A DNA stretch of 64,000 nucleotides from the IMG/VR virus record IMGVR_UViG_2617271113_000004, positions 1-64,000 of that record; one strand, 5' to 3'. This DNA is from a virus. Lineage: Duplodnaviria > Caudoviricetes. The translations under genes were made by a program, and so were the position numbers. How positions within the stretch are numbered: the first letter of the stretch is position 1; every line of letters begins with the position of its first letter. The notes beneath the pieces were generated by a model. The model saw only the letters and a program-made list of their open reading frames with translations. It had not been told where the DNA came from and made no database searches. Positions 51,901-59,846 of this stretch are shown one piece after another.

Positions 51901-52104
51901 TCCAATACCAGAATGAAAGGCATTAACCTTTTCGATTTCTTCCTTTCCTTCTGTTTGTATTTCTGTAAGATGCCCCCGAGGAGGAATGTATTCTGCCATT
52001 TCGTTGTCTTCTGTCCACGGATCGATTTGATAATCTTCATCATTGCGCTCGATTTCGTCTGTTTCTTCTACGTTAATTGGATCTGGGTTTATATTCTCTT
52101 CCAT
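45928..52104 (-). CDS. giant structural/adhesin protein (2 thrombospondin-C-like, PA14, Ig-like domains)
   Basis: ADNDVLGFIFR...FYIFLWE; GDDDMYGAIFK...NFYSFEW; PA14 FAISWDGYLFAPETGFYEF...SDAVRMWVN...IID.W. Confidence 0.78.
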   Translation of the reverse strand: MEENINPDPINVEETDEIERNDEDYQIDPWTEDNEMAEYIPPRGHLTEIQTEGKEEIEKVNAFHSGIGDNDDLFLKTPESEELTIPFKYAARHRGRKKHQTTIYPEIPFEYGIHYEGEELVTDNEQAYDHRVDAYPGKTMKYSVKQKDPQPTNRDWEAQLNVESRVKQETLEYAVNWRGKAAVEAVSGAADLFTSRNGNFIGPGPRSVWNKSGNYVKEIDNRSHASGIIAKEFYNWTDYEAEYEFKAIKSTGLRSDPYAKVVTSSNRLVSMPGADNDVLGFIFRADRNNKDFYIFLWEGDETCVSSWKPKSYNGYNMLTGNLTGGYSHTKAENKYSRYTVSTNLATIGVGNYYSGMKLSSSQMSKYRNISNNYGWGKQHYKVYKVTNGVMREVKINYRGNGAGWKQDWFNMNWKNSVKVRCTGNQVKIYTQSYKSGRYSENNYRLAAQFNVSSSFSKGSVGLATFSQSVQFEKIAVTRWDDISGRKPESGWYKYKDPGSKKLASSGASYVNSEARAAARAQTGLSNPDYEVNSVTRIVRDSSKGAMSASANGPVTVKTYNPPDAGQIRKHKIIKKGTAFITPEQISPSTANVVFRTADEIFGVDLQRYLDKNPILIYERSNVQINVPSNPLDDWDLEGERFTMWERNPEVIETTKDFTDKVYAYQGWYQSIDCREEFDGLQWATYHLSVVPQTINDDYDEIELKNEKVYMRTTEWYQGTYPADIKNEGIVTNREHKFVDIPPMPEHYIEPNTGEVMYHGYEDVEFLLIQIKPNATNEVWMGFKSNFENENTNITTEPINIINGRPLIKTKQIADQVEIHCEDRPRLVPWISGKYIGYGKVNGRRPFFKDGLGKADMIDVPTDVVYIPDHLVSLTGPYIEVNDERINWNLSEDKKTVDFFSDHMDAYVWYTDWYSEWKECNTEFTISSNETLTIEDPIEIDPKEDPYYDMADTIIDKFEVISTNPFVDVWTEEVRGEGSGWNGYYYQYPLLSHIIAESMQAIGDYQEMIQSYQIKDYMDEVEVDIDHDGFQIISVIRDDIELPNDSENGWTQYNDKIILHGNAIQPGMVHIHYSLGSVEREFVLNKPTGKDIHVYHNGILLNKSQYDIDSNRLRIYSSLNKYDWLHVQSYISEDQFNPDAKNYLGELKGTRIDPEIWFDWGNGSPLHEFMEQQRTSISMMALNPNLHFRFHLDMEVVYPIQEIIDISNFTGEWVQWDEDPIEQEGLNGPGDWHGPPEENYQEVTNLKNQNLRSGWYNPSDLNRTDYRFGFKVQVRDGDDDMYGAIFKFDDTTQNFYSFEWDGGGVDVKGMAVFKNTCLNPEEAGVSKLTYDKVMLAHNNLTWTPDANEINEIEISTKGSQIKVWTNGVLQFDLTDVDNPFLKGAWGPVTRSQPYTYFWDFWLQKYQRITPNEEPSFSQIMSYEIERPVIEDNPNIEVHISDRVQTLLYEPLSIFVEGHNLQVDELEVEYFIRNDSSDYQTYFKNQQETGQTITQIGESEVYATVRGHNPPPPPPENKPIDNKDEPSIEPITLPEANPNNYFAISWDGYLFAPETGFYEFSIQVSDAVRMWVNHQLIIDKWDRNTYNEYTDTFYLEGGKWYPTKLNYADLEDSALIQLSWKTPSGRYEKLSSSNISPYLGYNIKAEIKEEMPMPWSPKIHNGYYYFQEREHYLFAREIELNKVVQEEELLISPRPKQGSPIIIETLDGRLLRKVNFYNEYNHISLKNKEIIKGNGSKNYYLKYQDIDNSTLTVSVNDQAIDDYEWDQEKSCICFKEKMLAKDKIEVSYKIQDSFYVIENQNVSKDQAAVVFHNYQELNEVKIKYEGHEASPFYKTNVMTNPLLNHNHKGFFYLTNKVDRNAKSINLNISPNSLDTSGTEKVLLTVRVYDKNHNPIPNKAFTIFRDGTRIYNGFTNESGEYYYMDIPPVSNELFSTYRVECESIENSILLNFFEDNIKQRAFIELKAGKSTLLGNSEDEVGIYITLRNHEWSVIKNSNVTVSYMDTNQVSHSETITTDQYGQGMIILSGQIEKNGIIYVTATYDMGEEHAKTDLYLKVIGG

Positions 52105-53624
52105 ATCGCACTATCCTCCCATCGGTTATGTGTAAATGAATAGTTCTTCCAATTTTCTGTGTCTGTATCCCACATATTTGGAATATAACCTACGCCACTT
52201 AATTCCTTAGAAACTGTATCCCAGTATCCCTCACCCCATTTAAACTTATTCCACATAATAGGTGCAACAGTGTTAATGTAAGCTACCCAATCAATCATTC
52301 GTTCTGTTGCCTGACCGTTATCTTTAAACATTAAATAATGTAATTCTGGATTAGATGTATCGTGGAATTCATACTTCTCTATTCCCGCAATTAAACTAAC
52401 TGTATGGTTTCTCCCTTGATTCAATGGATAGATAAGGATATGATTACCATTTAATATTTCAAACTGATCTGACTCTAGTGGCTGATAATCCACTTTGATT
52501 GAATTAAGATCAACTAACCATCCACTTTTGTTGTAAATTAAGAAGGGATTCGAATCATCCAGCCAATTTTCATTATGAGTTATTAAATTCAGCTCTCTAG
52601 CTATCCCGCTTGAAAGCCCATCTTTTGAAGTATTGGCTGGATAACGAAAAACATCTAATAATCTATTTTTAAAAGCAGTGTTCGTTTCTAGATAATTTCG
52701 CTTTAAATTAAGTAGAAGACCGAATTCATCTAGTGTATTCCAAATATGATAAGGTTTGGGAGTCGCCTTAAATTCAGATACTCCATCTTTATTTTTAACA
52801 ATCCCTCTTATTTGATCGTAGCTATCTTGGCAATAAAATTTCCTTTCCCGGTAATCAATAATCCCACCTTCATTTGCATCGTTATAGAAAAATTCATGAA
52901 TGCTTTCTAATATTGGTAGTAAATAGGTTTTATTATCCTTCTGATAAAAGATACGGATATCATCATTCTGATTTATTTTTGGAAGGGAATAGGTATATAT
53001 CCAATCAAGCATTTTTGTTTCTGCACTTACTAAATGCTTCTGCTCATCAATCCAATTCAACCAGTCTTCTACTTCTTCTAGATGGATCCCAAAAAAGTTA
53101 AGAAATTGTTGTCCGATACTTTCTTTTGATTTACGGATTCTCGTCCATTGCGGATATTCATTTGCAAGTGATTGTGTGAATGTTGAATACCAATATTTAT
53201 TAATACATATTCCGAATATCCCATTAACATCTGTTTCAAATTCAAAGCTCATCTGTTCCGTATTGTTTATGGAATCAATTTCATTCCATTCATGGGTTTC
53301 AGGGTCATAAAAACAAATAATAGCATACTTAGCTTCTATTGCTGTTAACCTATTAGAATAAGGTATGGTGATTTTAATACTAGGATCTGTTTCATTTGTA
53401 CTTAATTCAAATTGCAGATCGGTTAAACGGTAATCTGTGTACCACTCACCATTATTATGAATGATTGGCTTATCGTTTAACCCATAATTATCTTGCTTTA
53501 CAGTCAAATCTAATGGGCCATTAGCAATCAAATCCACATTCGCAGAATGACCAGTTTTATTATATTTTGTTGCATATACCTGCGATGATCTTTGCGACTC
53601 TAATAGTGTCATTTCCAAATTCAC
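52089..53624 (-). CDS. putative structural (baseplate-associated) protein
   Basis: WNTLDEFGLLLNL.R...ETN..FK.RL resembles baseplate-wedge motifs; first gene of the operon. Confidence 0.6.
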   Translation of the reverse strand: MNLEMTLLESQRSSQVYATKYNKTGHSANVDLIANGPLDLTVKQDNYGLNDKPIIHNNGEWYTDYRLTDLQFELSTNETDPSIKITIPYSNRLTAIEAKYAIICFYDPETHEWNEIDSINNTEQMSFEFETDVNGIFGICINKYWYSTFTQSLANEYPQWTRIRKSKESIGQQFLNFFGIHLEEVEDWLNWIDEQKHLVSAETKMLDWIYTYSLPKINQNDDIRIFYQKDNKTYLLPILESIHEFFYNDANEGGIIDYRERKFYCQDSYDQIRGIVKNKDGVSEFKATPKPYHIWNTLDEFGLLLNLKRNYLETNTAFKNRLLDVFRYPANTSKDGLSSGIARELNLITHNENWLDDSNPFLIYNKSGWLVDLNSIKVDYQPLESDQFEILNGNHILIYPLNQGRNHTVSLIAGIEKYEFHDTSNPELHYLMFKDNGQATERMIDWVAYINTVAPIMWNKFKWGEGYWDTVSKELSGVGYIPNMWDTDTENWKNYSFTHNRWEDSAIWKRI

Positions 53625-53635
53625 TCCGTCCGAAT

Positions 53636-53680
53636 TGTAATGCCTTTCAATATTATAACATTAAAAAGCGTACTTGACGA
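53636..53680 (-). promoter_or_regulatory. promoter of the 27-53 kb structural operon with operator variant
   Basis: Minus strand TCGTCA-17 bp-TATAAT (extended TG), then TGAAAGGCATTACA at 53636-53649. Confidence 0.65.
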
Positions 53681-53908
53681 TATTACAAATACGCTTTTCT
53701 TTATAAATTATAAGGAATTATCTATTGCTGTTACAACATGTAGTAGGCTAGTTCACAACTGTTGCAACTTCATATTCTGTAAAATTTGCATCCCCAGTTT
53801 CTAATGGTTGTTTATAGCTATCATGTATTTTAGAACGATGTACACGATATCCTCCTAAGTTTTCTTTTAGTTTTGGAATCTGCACGATCATGAACATCAT
53901 TCAAAATA

Positions 53909-53949
53909 AAAGGGTTTCAATCTTCGTTTTTCGATGATTGAAACCCTTT
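53909..53949 (-). terminator. rho-independent terminator
   Basis: 14-bp perfect stem AAAGGGTTTCAATC/GATTGAAACCCTTT followed by a T tract on minus. Confidence 0.85.
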
Positions 53950-53961
53950 ACTCGCATCAAT

Positions 53962-54444
53962 TTAAATTAGTAGCATTACTCCCGCTGCAATTGCGTCGCC
54001 AATTGGAACATAGTATGTTTTTGAAACACCCATATTGTCAAGTGACTGTTGAATAATTCCACTTAAACGTTTTTGTGAATAATCTTCTAAGTCACTAATT
54101 TTTTTCTGAGCATCGTCAATTCCATCAGCGATTTTATCACTGTTTTTAGAGAGATATCTTGCTTGGTCTGCATCAAGGAACTTTACGATTTTTGATAGTC
54201 CAGAACCACCATATCTAACTGCAAGTTCAGCAATTTGCATTGCACCTTTAATTATCCAACCAGTTTTACCAGCAGCTTCAACTTCTCCATCATCAACATT
54301 TGAAGGCTCATCCTGTATGTAATTATCAGATACAACCGGCTCCTTCATATTATTGGATTTTTCAGCAGCGAAACTTGCGCTTGGTACTAGAAAAGAAACC
54401 AGTAGCATAAGCGCCATGAAACTAATAAACGATTTCCTTAACAT
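53962..54444 (-). CDS. secreted pre-pro-protein, possibly a bacteriocin-like precursor
   Basis: Sec signal ending ASFA, acidic pro-region, amphipathic mature part with hydrophobic C-terminus. Confidence 0.6.
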   Translation of the reverse strand: MLRKSFISFMALMLLVSFLVPSASFAAEKSNNMKEPVVSDNYIQDEPSNVDDGEVEAAGKTGWIIKGAMQIAELAVRYGGSGLSKIVKFLDADQARYLSKNSDKIADGIDDAQKKISDLEDYSQKRLSGIIQQSLDNMGVSKTYYVPIGDAIAAGVMLLI

Positions 54445-54489
54445 AATTCCCTCTCCCTTTTTTGGTAATTTTTTACTATAAGCAATTAT

Positions 54490-54518
54490 AGAATACTAAA
54501 TGTCTAATACTTTGTAAA
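54490..54518 (-). promoter_or_regulatory. sigmaA-type promoter of the secreted protein gene
   Basis: TTTACA-17 bp-TATTCT on minus. Confidence 0.55.
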
Positions 54519-54545
54519 TAGTTTCATAGTAAAATATTTACTTTT

Positions 54546-55703
54546 TTAATTACTGAACTTGATAGCCTTTTGAACATCAATTAAGCCTTTTCCATATAAA
54601 TGAGGATTTCCTAACGGCTTTGTTGACTTAACTAGTATCTTCCTTATTTCTTCAATATTCAATTTTGGATTATTCTGTAGCACTAAAGCAGCTACACCGC
54701 TAACATGAGGAGCAGACATGGATGTGCCATTCGCTAAGAAATATAATCCACTTTGGACTGTAGTATAAACTAGTTCACCAGGAGCAGATATATCAATTCG
54801 CTTCCCAGTGCTAGAATGGACGTATCTTTCACCATTTTTATTTATTGCTGCTACTGAAATAACCTCATCATAAGCAGCCGGGTAAGTAACAGTATCGTCC
54901 TTTTTAGTACCTCCCATGTTACCTGAGGATGCTACGAGCAGGATATCATTCTCGTTTGCTTTTTTAATGGCTTTTCTAAGAATATCTGTTTCCACATTTG
55001 TTTGTAGACTGAAGTTTACTATATTCATTTTATTTTCAATTGCCCACTCTATTCCTGTTACGACATCACTTATAAGACCTTTTCCATCATTCTTTAAAAC
55101 TTTGATAGAATAGAGATCCGCATCTGATGCAACTCCTAGTAGTCCATAAGAATTATCCAAGGCCCCTATAATTCCTGCTACTTTAGTACCGTGGCCATAA
55201 CCATCAAAGTAGTTCTCGCTATTATCCAATATATTTATTCCACCACTTACTTTTAAATCTTTATGTGGATTAATACCAGAATCTATAATTCCAACCCTAA
55301 TTCCTTTTCCGCTTATTCCAAGTTGATGGGCAGCTGTAGAACCAATATAATCTATGTTCCATGGCACTAATTGTTCTTGCGGGTCAATATCAATTGAGCC
55401 CCAATCAATATCTTCATAACCACTAATTTCCACCTCTACATTAGGTTCAACACTAACAACTTCATCTGCTTCCTCAATTACTTCTACACTACCTTTGGGT
55501 AATTCTACTAATAGTGATGGTGATATGGTGTATTCTTTAATTATTTCACCATTATGGTCTGTAATAATACCTTCATTCACCTCTGTTTTAAAAGTAACGA
55601 AATATTGGTCTCCTTCACCATCTACAGCTGCATCGACTTCTTGGAAATTTACGACCAAAAATAGAATAGATAGAAAGACTGAAATTATAATTCTTTTGTT
55701 CAT
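54546..55703 (-). CDS. secreted subtilisin (S8) with signal peptide and I9-type propeptide
   Basis: Signal peptide, YFVTFK propeptide, IIDSG, HGTKVAG, GTSMSAP. Confidence 0.93.
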   Translation of the reverse strand: MNKRIIISVFLSILFLVVNFQEVDAAVDGEGDQYFVTFKTEVNEGIITDHNGEIIKEYTISPSLLVELPKGSVEVIEEADEVVSVEPNVEVEISGYEDIDWGSIDIDPQEQLVPWNIDYIGSTAAHQLGISGKGIRVGIIDSGINPHKDLKVSGGINILDNSENYFDGYGHGTKVAGIIGALDNSYGLLGVASDADLYSIKVLKNDGKGLISDVVTGIEWAIENKMNIVNFSLQTNVETDILRKAIKKANENDILLVASSGNMGGTKKDDTVTYPAAYDEVISVAAINKNGERYVHSSTGKRIDISAPGELVYTTVQSGLYFLANGTSMSAPHVSGVAALVLQNNPKLNIEEIRKILVKSTKPLGNPHLYGKGLIDVQKAIKFSN

Positions 55704-55812
55704 CTAATTACATTCCCTTCCAAAAATATGGTAAAATATAGTATATCACATCGCAAAATAGTGTGGTGCTGGACTTGTGACATATTTATATAATTTACAG
55801 GAGGATTTGTAT

Positions 55813-56070
55813 ATGTTTGAAAAGAAGTTAGCTGATGAAGAATCTGTAAATCATTATGACAATGTACTCAACTGTGTAAATGAAATGAAAGAGGAAGAAG
55901 CTAAAGCATTCTTGAAACAAGTTTATGCAAGGATTGATATTGCTCTAAATGGTAACGGAGAATATGATAGCCAAAAGTTCTTAAAAGATTTGGATGGTAA
56001 GTTCAAAGAACTTGTAGAAGTTACAAAAAAGGAAAAAGAAAAGAAGAAAGAAAAAAATCAAGCCGAGTAA
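55813..56070 (+). CDS. small charged hypothetical protein, divergent from the protease
   Basis: AGGAGG RBS, upstream TATAAT, downstream terminator. Confidence 0.7.
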   Translation: MFEKKLADEESVNHYDNVLNCVNEMKEEEAKAFLKQVYARIDIALNGNGEYDSQKFLKDLDGKFKELVEVTKKEKEKKKEKNQAE

Positions 56071-56123
56071 TATGTTTGGCCCGAGATTACAGCTTGATGA
56101 AAAGCCATAAATGCTTGTATAGT

Positions 56124-56148
56124 AAGGTTGCCATGAATAGGCAACCTT
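56124..56148. terminator. terminator between convergent genes
   Basis: AAGGTTGCC-7 nt-GGCAACCTT followed by T residues on plus. Confidence 0.75.
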
Positions 56149-56186
56149 TTACTTTAATTTAATGAAGCAAGCATTGAATCAATCCT

Positions 56187-56639
56187 TTAAGCATGACCAG
56201 TTACACCCTTTTTTCTTTGTATATGATCCTCCCGGTTTCCTAGTATTTTTATAGCAGCTGTTTCTGCATATTCCATATAATTAAATAGCCATTTTTCCAT
56301 AGATATGTTTTCATTATAAATCTCATGTAAATCTAAAACCTTTTGTAATCCAGCTTCTATTTTTTTATCTTCAGCTGTCATTGCAACGCCATTAACTTGT
56401 TTTGAAATCAAACGAATGAATGCAAACAAAACAAATTCTACAGCAGATACTCCTTTACTTAGATTTATTTTTTCTTCTGCAATTTCAAACAAGATTCTAT
56501 TGACTTCATTTTGTTGTGTTAAATTTAACTGCTCATAATTGTTTTTATTAATTTCTCCTGATAGAATCCTATCTTCAAGCTGTTGCATCTTTTTGTCGTC
56601 ATCTGAAATAAGACTAATTCTTTCTCTTGTCATTTTCAT
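56187..56639 (-). CDS. hypothetical protein (possible fibre chaperone by position)
   Basis: GGAGG RBS; last gene after the fibre-like paralogs. Confidence 0.65.
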   Translation of the reverse strand: MKMTRERISLISDDDKKMQQLEDRILSGEINKNNYEQLNLTQQNEVNRILFEIAEEKINLSKGVSAVEFVLFAFIRLISKQVNGVAMTAEDKKIEAGLQKVLDLHEIYNENISMEKWLFNYMEYAETAAIKILGNREDHIQRKKGVTGHA

Positions 56640-56645
56640 CCCTCC

Positions 56646-57800
56646 TTATGACCATGTAATAGCGTAGCTTGATAATTTAGCTCCTTTTGGTATTTCCACT
56701 TTTAAACAAAGCTTGTTATCAATTTGGTCTGAATCAGAAAAGTAGAATAGTGTGTTAGGTTTAATTTTTTCCCACGTCTCCCCTCCATTTCGAGAGATAT
56801 AATATTTTATCTTTGTTGAAATTGAATCAACAATAAATTCTATTTCCGAGAGTATTATTCCCCAACTTCCATTCCGTGTTAATTCAAATCGAACAAATCT
56901 ATTACTTAGCAACAATTCATATTCACGCATTGTTTCATATGGTGTGTTATCATCATGAGTGTTCGTCACCCATGGAACAACTTCTTCATAATTAATATCA
57001 TCATCTGAAACAAGTATCCTATAATTGGAAGAAGCATCATTTCTTGCTCTTGGATATACCCTAATAGTTTCAATAACTGGATTTCCGATTGACTGAAAAT
57101 CAAATATTAGTGATTGACTGCCTTTTGAATCTGCTAACCAATAACTGTGTGGATCAGAATGAAATATACTACCATCCGATATACTTATCGTACCATTAAA
57201 TAAATGACTTAAAGCGTAGTATTCAGGATGATCTTTATATTCATATTTTTTAGCAGAAGATTTTACTGTCACTCCATTGGGTGCAATATATTTAAAGCTA
57301 TTATCCTCCCCATTGCTTAAGTCTAAAATACTTGGAGGTTCTGGTTCTATTGCATCAATTGATAAAACTGCCTTATCTATATGTGCATCTGTTTCTTCTA
57401 TGGTTGTAACAATTGTTGCGAAATTATCTTCTTGATTATCTTCAGTTGTAACGGTACCTAGATTTGTATCATGTTTGTAGTGTTTGCTCTTTACAGAGTC
57501 AATTCCACTTAAATCTAGTAAATCATCAAAGATCATATTATGCATATGATACTTTTTACTTTGAGCAATTGCATTTAATTTAGCATTAGCTTTCATTATA
57601 TTTACAGCATTATTAATAATTAATTTATCAGCTTGTCTTGTTACGTTTTGGATAGATTTATCGATTTTATCTATTCGTTCTTTCATAGTTAAGAAAGATC
57701 CTGTAATTCCTTCTCCTAATATTTCATTACGAGTTACTTTTTCTTGTTTGTCTGCTTTGCTTGATGTTCCATATGAAAGAATATCCATTATAATCACCAA
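56646..57800 (-). CDS. tail fibre/appendage-like protein, paralog 3 (one discoidin-like domain)
   Basis: MDILSY N-terminus, FDDL.D.SGID, ISRNGGETW, ends YAITWS. Confidence 0.65.
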   Translation of the reverse strand: MVIIMDILSYGTSSKADKQEKVTRNEILGEGITGSFLTMKERIDKIDKSIQNVTRQADKLIINNAVNIMKANAKLNAIAQSKKYHMHNMIFDDLLDLSGIDSVKSKHYKHDTNLGTVTTEDNQEDNFATIVTTIEETDAHIDKAVLSIDAIEPEPPSILDLSNGEDNSFKYIAPNGVTVKSSAKKYEYKDHPEYYALSHLFNGTISISDGSIFHSDPHSYWLADSKGSQSLIFDFQSIGNPVIETIRVYPRARNDASSNYRILVSDDDINYEEVVPWVTNTHDDNTPYETMREYELLLSNRFVRFELTRNGSWGIILSEIEFIVDSISTKIKYYISRNGGETWEKIKPNTLFYFSDSDQIDNKLCLKVEIPKGAKLSSYAITWS

Positions 57801-57823
57801 CTATTCTCTTTTATTCTTACTAG

Positions 57824-59779
57824 TTATATCCAGGCATAGCTTAAACCGTGTAACTCTTGACCACTCTCAAGAATTATTTTTACTCTTAATTCACTTCCTT
57901 CTGGTTGATTTGATAAATAAGTAAGTTCATCTTCTTTAGTTTCAACCCAATTAAGTCCATTATTTCTTGAAACAAGAATAGCTTGCTTTTGGAATTCATG
58001 CTTATACAGTAGTTTAATACGATCTATGTTAGGTGTTCCTAAGTTATTCTCTCCACTTTTCAGAATGACTTTTAACCGTACATAACGACATTTTTCCGTT
58101 TCAGATTTACCTCCAGAATCAACTATTTTGTATTCTGAATAGTTGATTCCATCTAATGAAGTGGATATCAATAAATCAATTTTACTAGAAGAGTTTTTAT
58201 AACCATAAAATTGCAACTCTGCAATAGTAGGGAAGTCTATTCTTTCAGCATCTAACACATAAACTCTGTATGCCTTATAACTTTTAGAATTATTTAAAGT
58301 AAAATATCTTGTTTCTCCACCAAACCAGTTTTCTTCATTGTGGAAAGTTTGTATATCTTCCCATATTCCATCATTACCATCTGTTGTATCAAAAGAACCT
58401 TGAACTCTAAAAGCTGATGGTGTTCTTTCTGGAAACCCAGTTGCTCTAGCACTTATGGAGATTTGTTTTACTAATTGAGGATAATTAAAACAAAATCCAA
58501 CGTAATTATTTAATCTTTCAGTATTCCAAAAATCCGAAACGTTATTGTTAAAAGCTCTCCATGCCATTCTTGGATAATCTCCATAGTCATAATAATCACT
58601 TGCAAAAGCAAAGCCTTCTGCTGATTCATTCTGCTCTAGCACTGGTACTAAATTATCACTATACCCTGAAAAAAGTTCAGAAATTGTACTAACTCGTCCT
58701 AGGTCAATAATATTAGATTCATAAGTTCCTTCATTGTAGTATCTATCTAGATAATTTTCTTCTATAAATTCTAATTCGGCTATTGTTGGGTAATCAGTTC
58801 TTTGTGCATCTAGAATTAGAATACGGTAAGATATATAATCTTCTTCGTTATTTAATTGATATATTCTTTTTTCCCCTATGGCCCAATTCAATTCTTCAGA
58901 GAACTGTGCTATTTCAACCCAATTGCCATCTGTTCCATTTGTAGTATCCTTAGATGCTTCTATCCTGAAAGAAGTTGGTGTTCTGGACGGTAAAGTATCG
59001 TTTCTTGCTGTTAGACTAATTTGTTTTATAACTTTTGGAGATTCAAATATATATCCTACAAAATTACCTAAGCTTGTTGTGTTCCAAAAGTCTGAAGCAA
59101 CGCCATTAAAAGCTTGATAAGGATAATTGGATGCATAATAAGTACTTGCAAACACTAATCCTTCAGGTGCTGTTTCTGAAATCATCATTGGCACTGCATT
59201 TTTATAACCGTCCATTACTTGTTCACCAGTTGCTTCTAACTTAAGCTGTCCATTTAAATAGACTGTATTTGTAAAAGTACCCTTTGCTAAATCTACCTCT
59301 CTTTGCATGATACCAGGCTCACTAGTTTCTTTTGAGACCATAACCATTTCAGGAATGCCTTCTGTATCTTCTTTTATGGTGACAATTTCAGCATTATTTC
59401 CCTCTTCAGCAATTCTAATTAAATTATTGTCCTTGTCGTAGAAATAATTAATGGATAAGCTGGAGTCTATACCACTTTCATCTGCAAAATCATCTACAAT
59501 TAAATCTTTTAACTTGTATCGTTGGAGATTAAGCAGTGAATTTACTTTTAAATTATATTTATTTAAGTTTATAGAAGTCTGTATAGACACATCTGATACA
59601 CGGTTTACTAGTTCCACTCCAGGATCTTTTTCTTCTAATGCAGTTATTCGATTATCTACATTTTCATATTTATCTTTGATATCTTTATCTTGCTCAGTGC
59701 CGTTCATACCCAACTTGTCTTGTGTTAACTTAATTTCTCTCTTTGCTTTAGCAGCCTTTTGATAGCTAATTATATCCAT
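57824..59779 (-). CDS. tail fibre/appendage-like protein, paralog 2 (two tandem discoidin F5/8C domains)
   Basis: MDIISY, DDFADESGID, duplicated AFN...SDFWNT...PTIAEL.F, ends YAWI. Confidence 0.7.
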   Translation of the reverse strand: MDIISYQKAAKAKREIKLTQDKLGMNGTEQDKDIKDKYENVDNRITALEEKDPGVELVNRVSDVSIQTSINLNKYNLKVNSLLNLQRYKLKDLIVDDFADESGIDSSLSINYFYDKDNNLIRIAEEGNNAEIVTIKEDTEGIPEMVMVSKETSEPGIMQREVDLAKGTFTNTVYLNGQLKLEATGEQVMDGYKNAVPMMISETAPEGLVFASTYYASNYPYQAFNGVASDFWNTTSLGNFVGYIFESPKVIKQISLTARNDTLPSRTPTSFRIEASKDTTNGTDGNWVEIAQFSEELNWAIGEKRIYQLNNEEDYISYRILILDAQRTDYPTIAELEFIEENYLDRYYNEGTYESNIIDLGRVSTISELFSGYSDNLVPVLEQNESAEGFAFASDYYDYGDYPRMAWRAFNNNVSDFWNTERLNNYVGFCFNYPQLVKQISISARATGFPERTPSAFRVQGSFDTTDGNDGIWEDIQTFHNEENWFGGETRYFTLNNSKSYKAYRVYVLDAERIDFPTIAELQFYGYKNSSSKIDLLISTSLDGINYSEYKIVDSGGKSETEKCRYVRLKVILKSGENNLGTPNIDRIKLLYKHEFQKQAILVSRNNGLNWVETKEDELTYLSNQPEGSELRVKIILESGQELHGLSYAWI

Positions 59780-59794
59780 CGTCTACCTCCTAAT

Positions 59795-59818
59795 TGAAAG
59801 GCATTACAATTATTATAC
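59795..59818 (-). promoter_or_regulatory. internal -10 element plus operator variant
   Basis: Minus strand TATAAT-aat-TGTAATGCCTTTCA-att-AGGAGG before the ATG at 59779. Confidence 0.65.
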
Positions 59819-59846
59819 ATTGTATTTAAAATAGATGGAAGGGCGA

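Noticed and set aside
53748-53900. 50-aa minus-strand ORF (MMFMIVQIPK...) or an ncRNA in this gap
   Set aside because: It starts right after a terminator with no RBS and no recognisable motif or RNA fold; possibly a remnant
3635-59762. Many plus-strand ORFs in the track (e.g. 3635..4135, 27921..28394, 49498..49998)
   Set aside because: They are antisense shadows of long minus-strand genes, with biased composition and no evident RBS
10395-59808. Reading the 14-bp palindrome as CcpA cre or TnrA/GlnR sites
   Set aside because: cre needs a central CG (here GC); TnrA/GlnR sites are TGTNA-N7-TNACA, 17 bp
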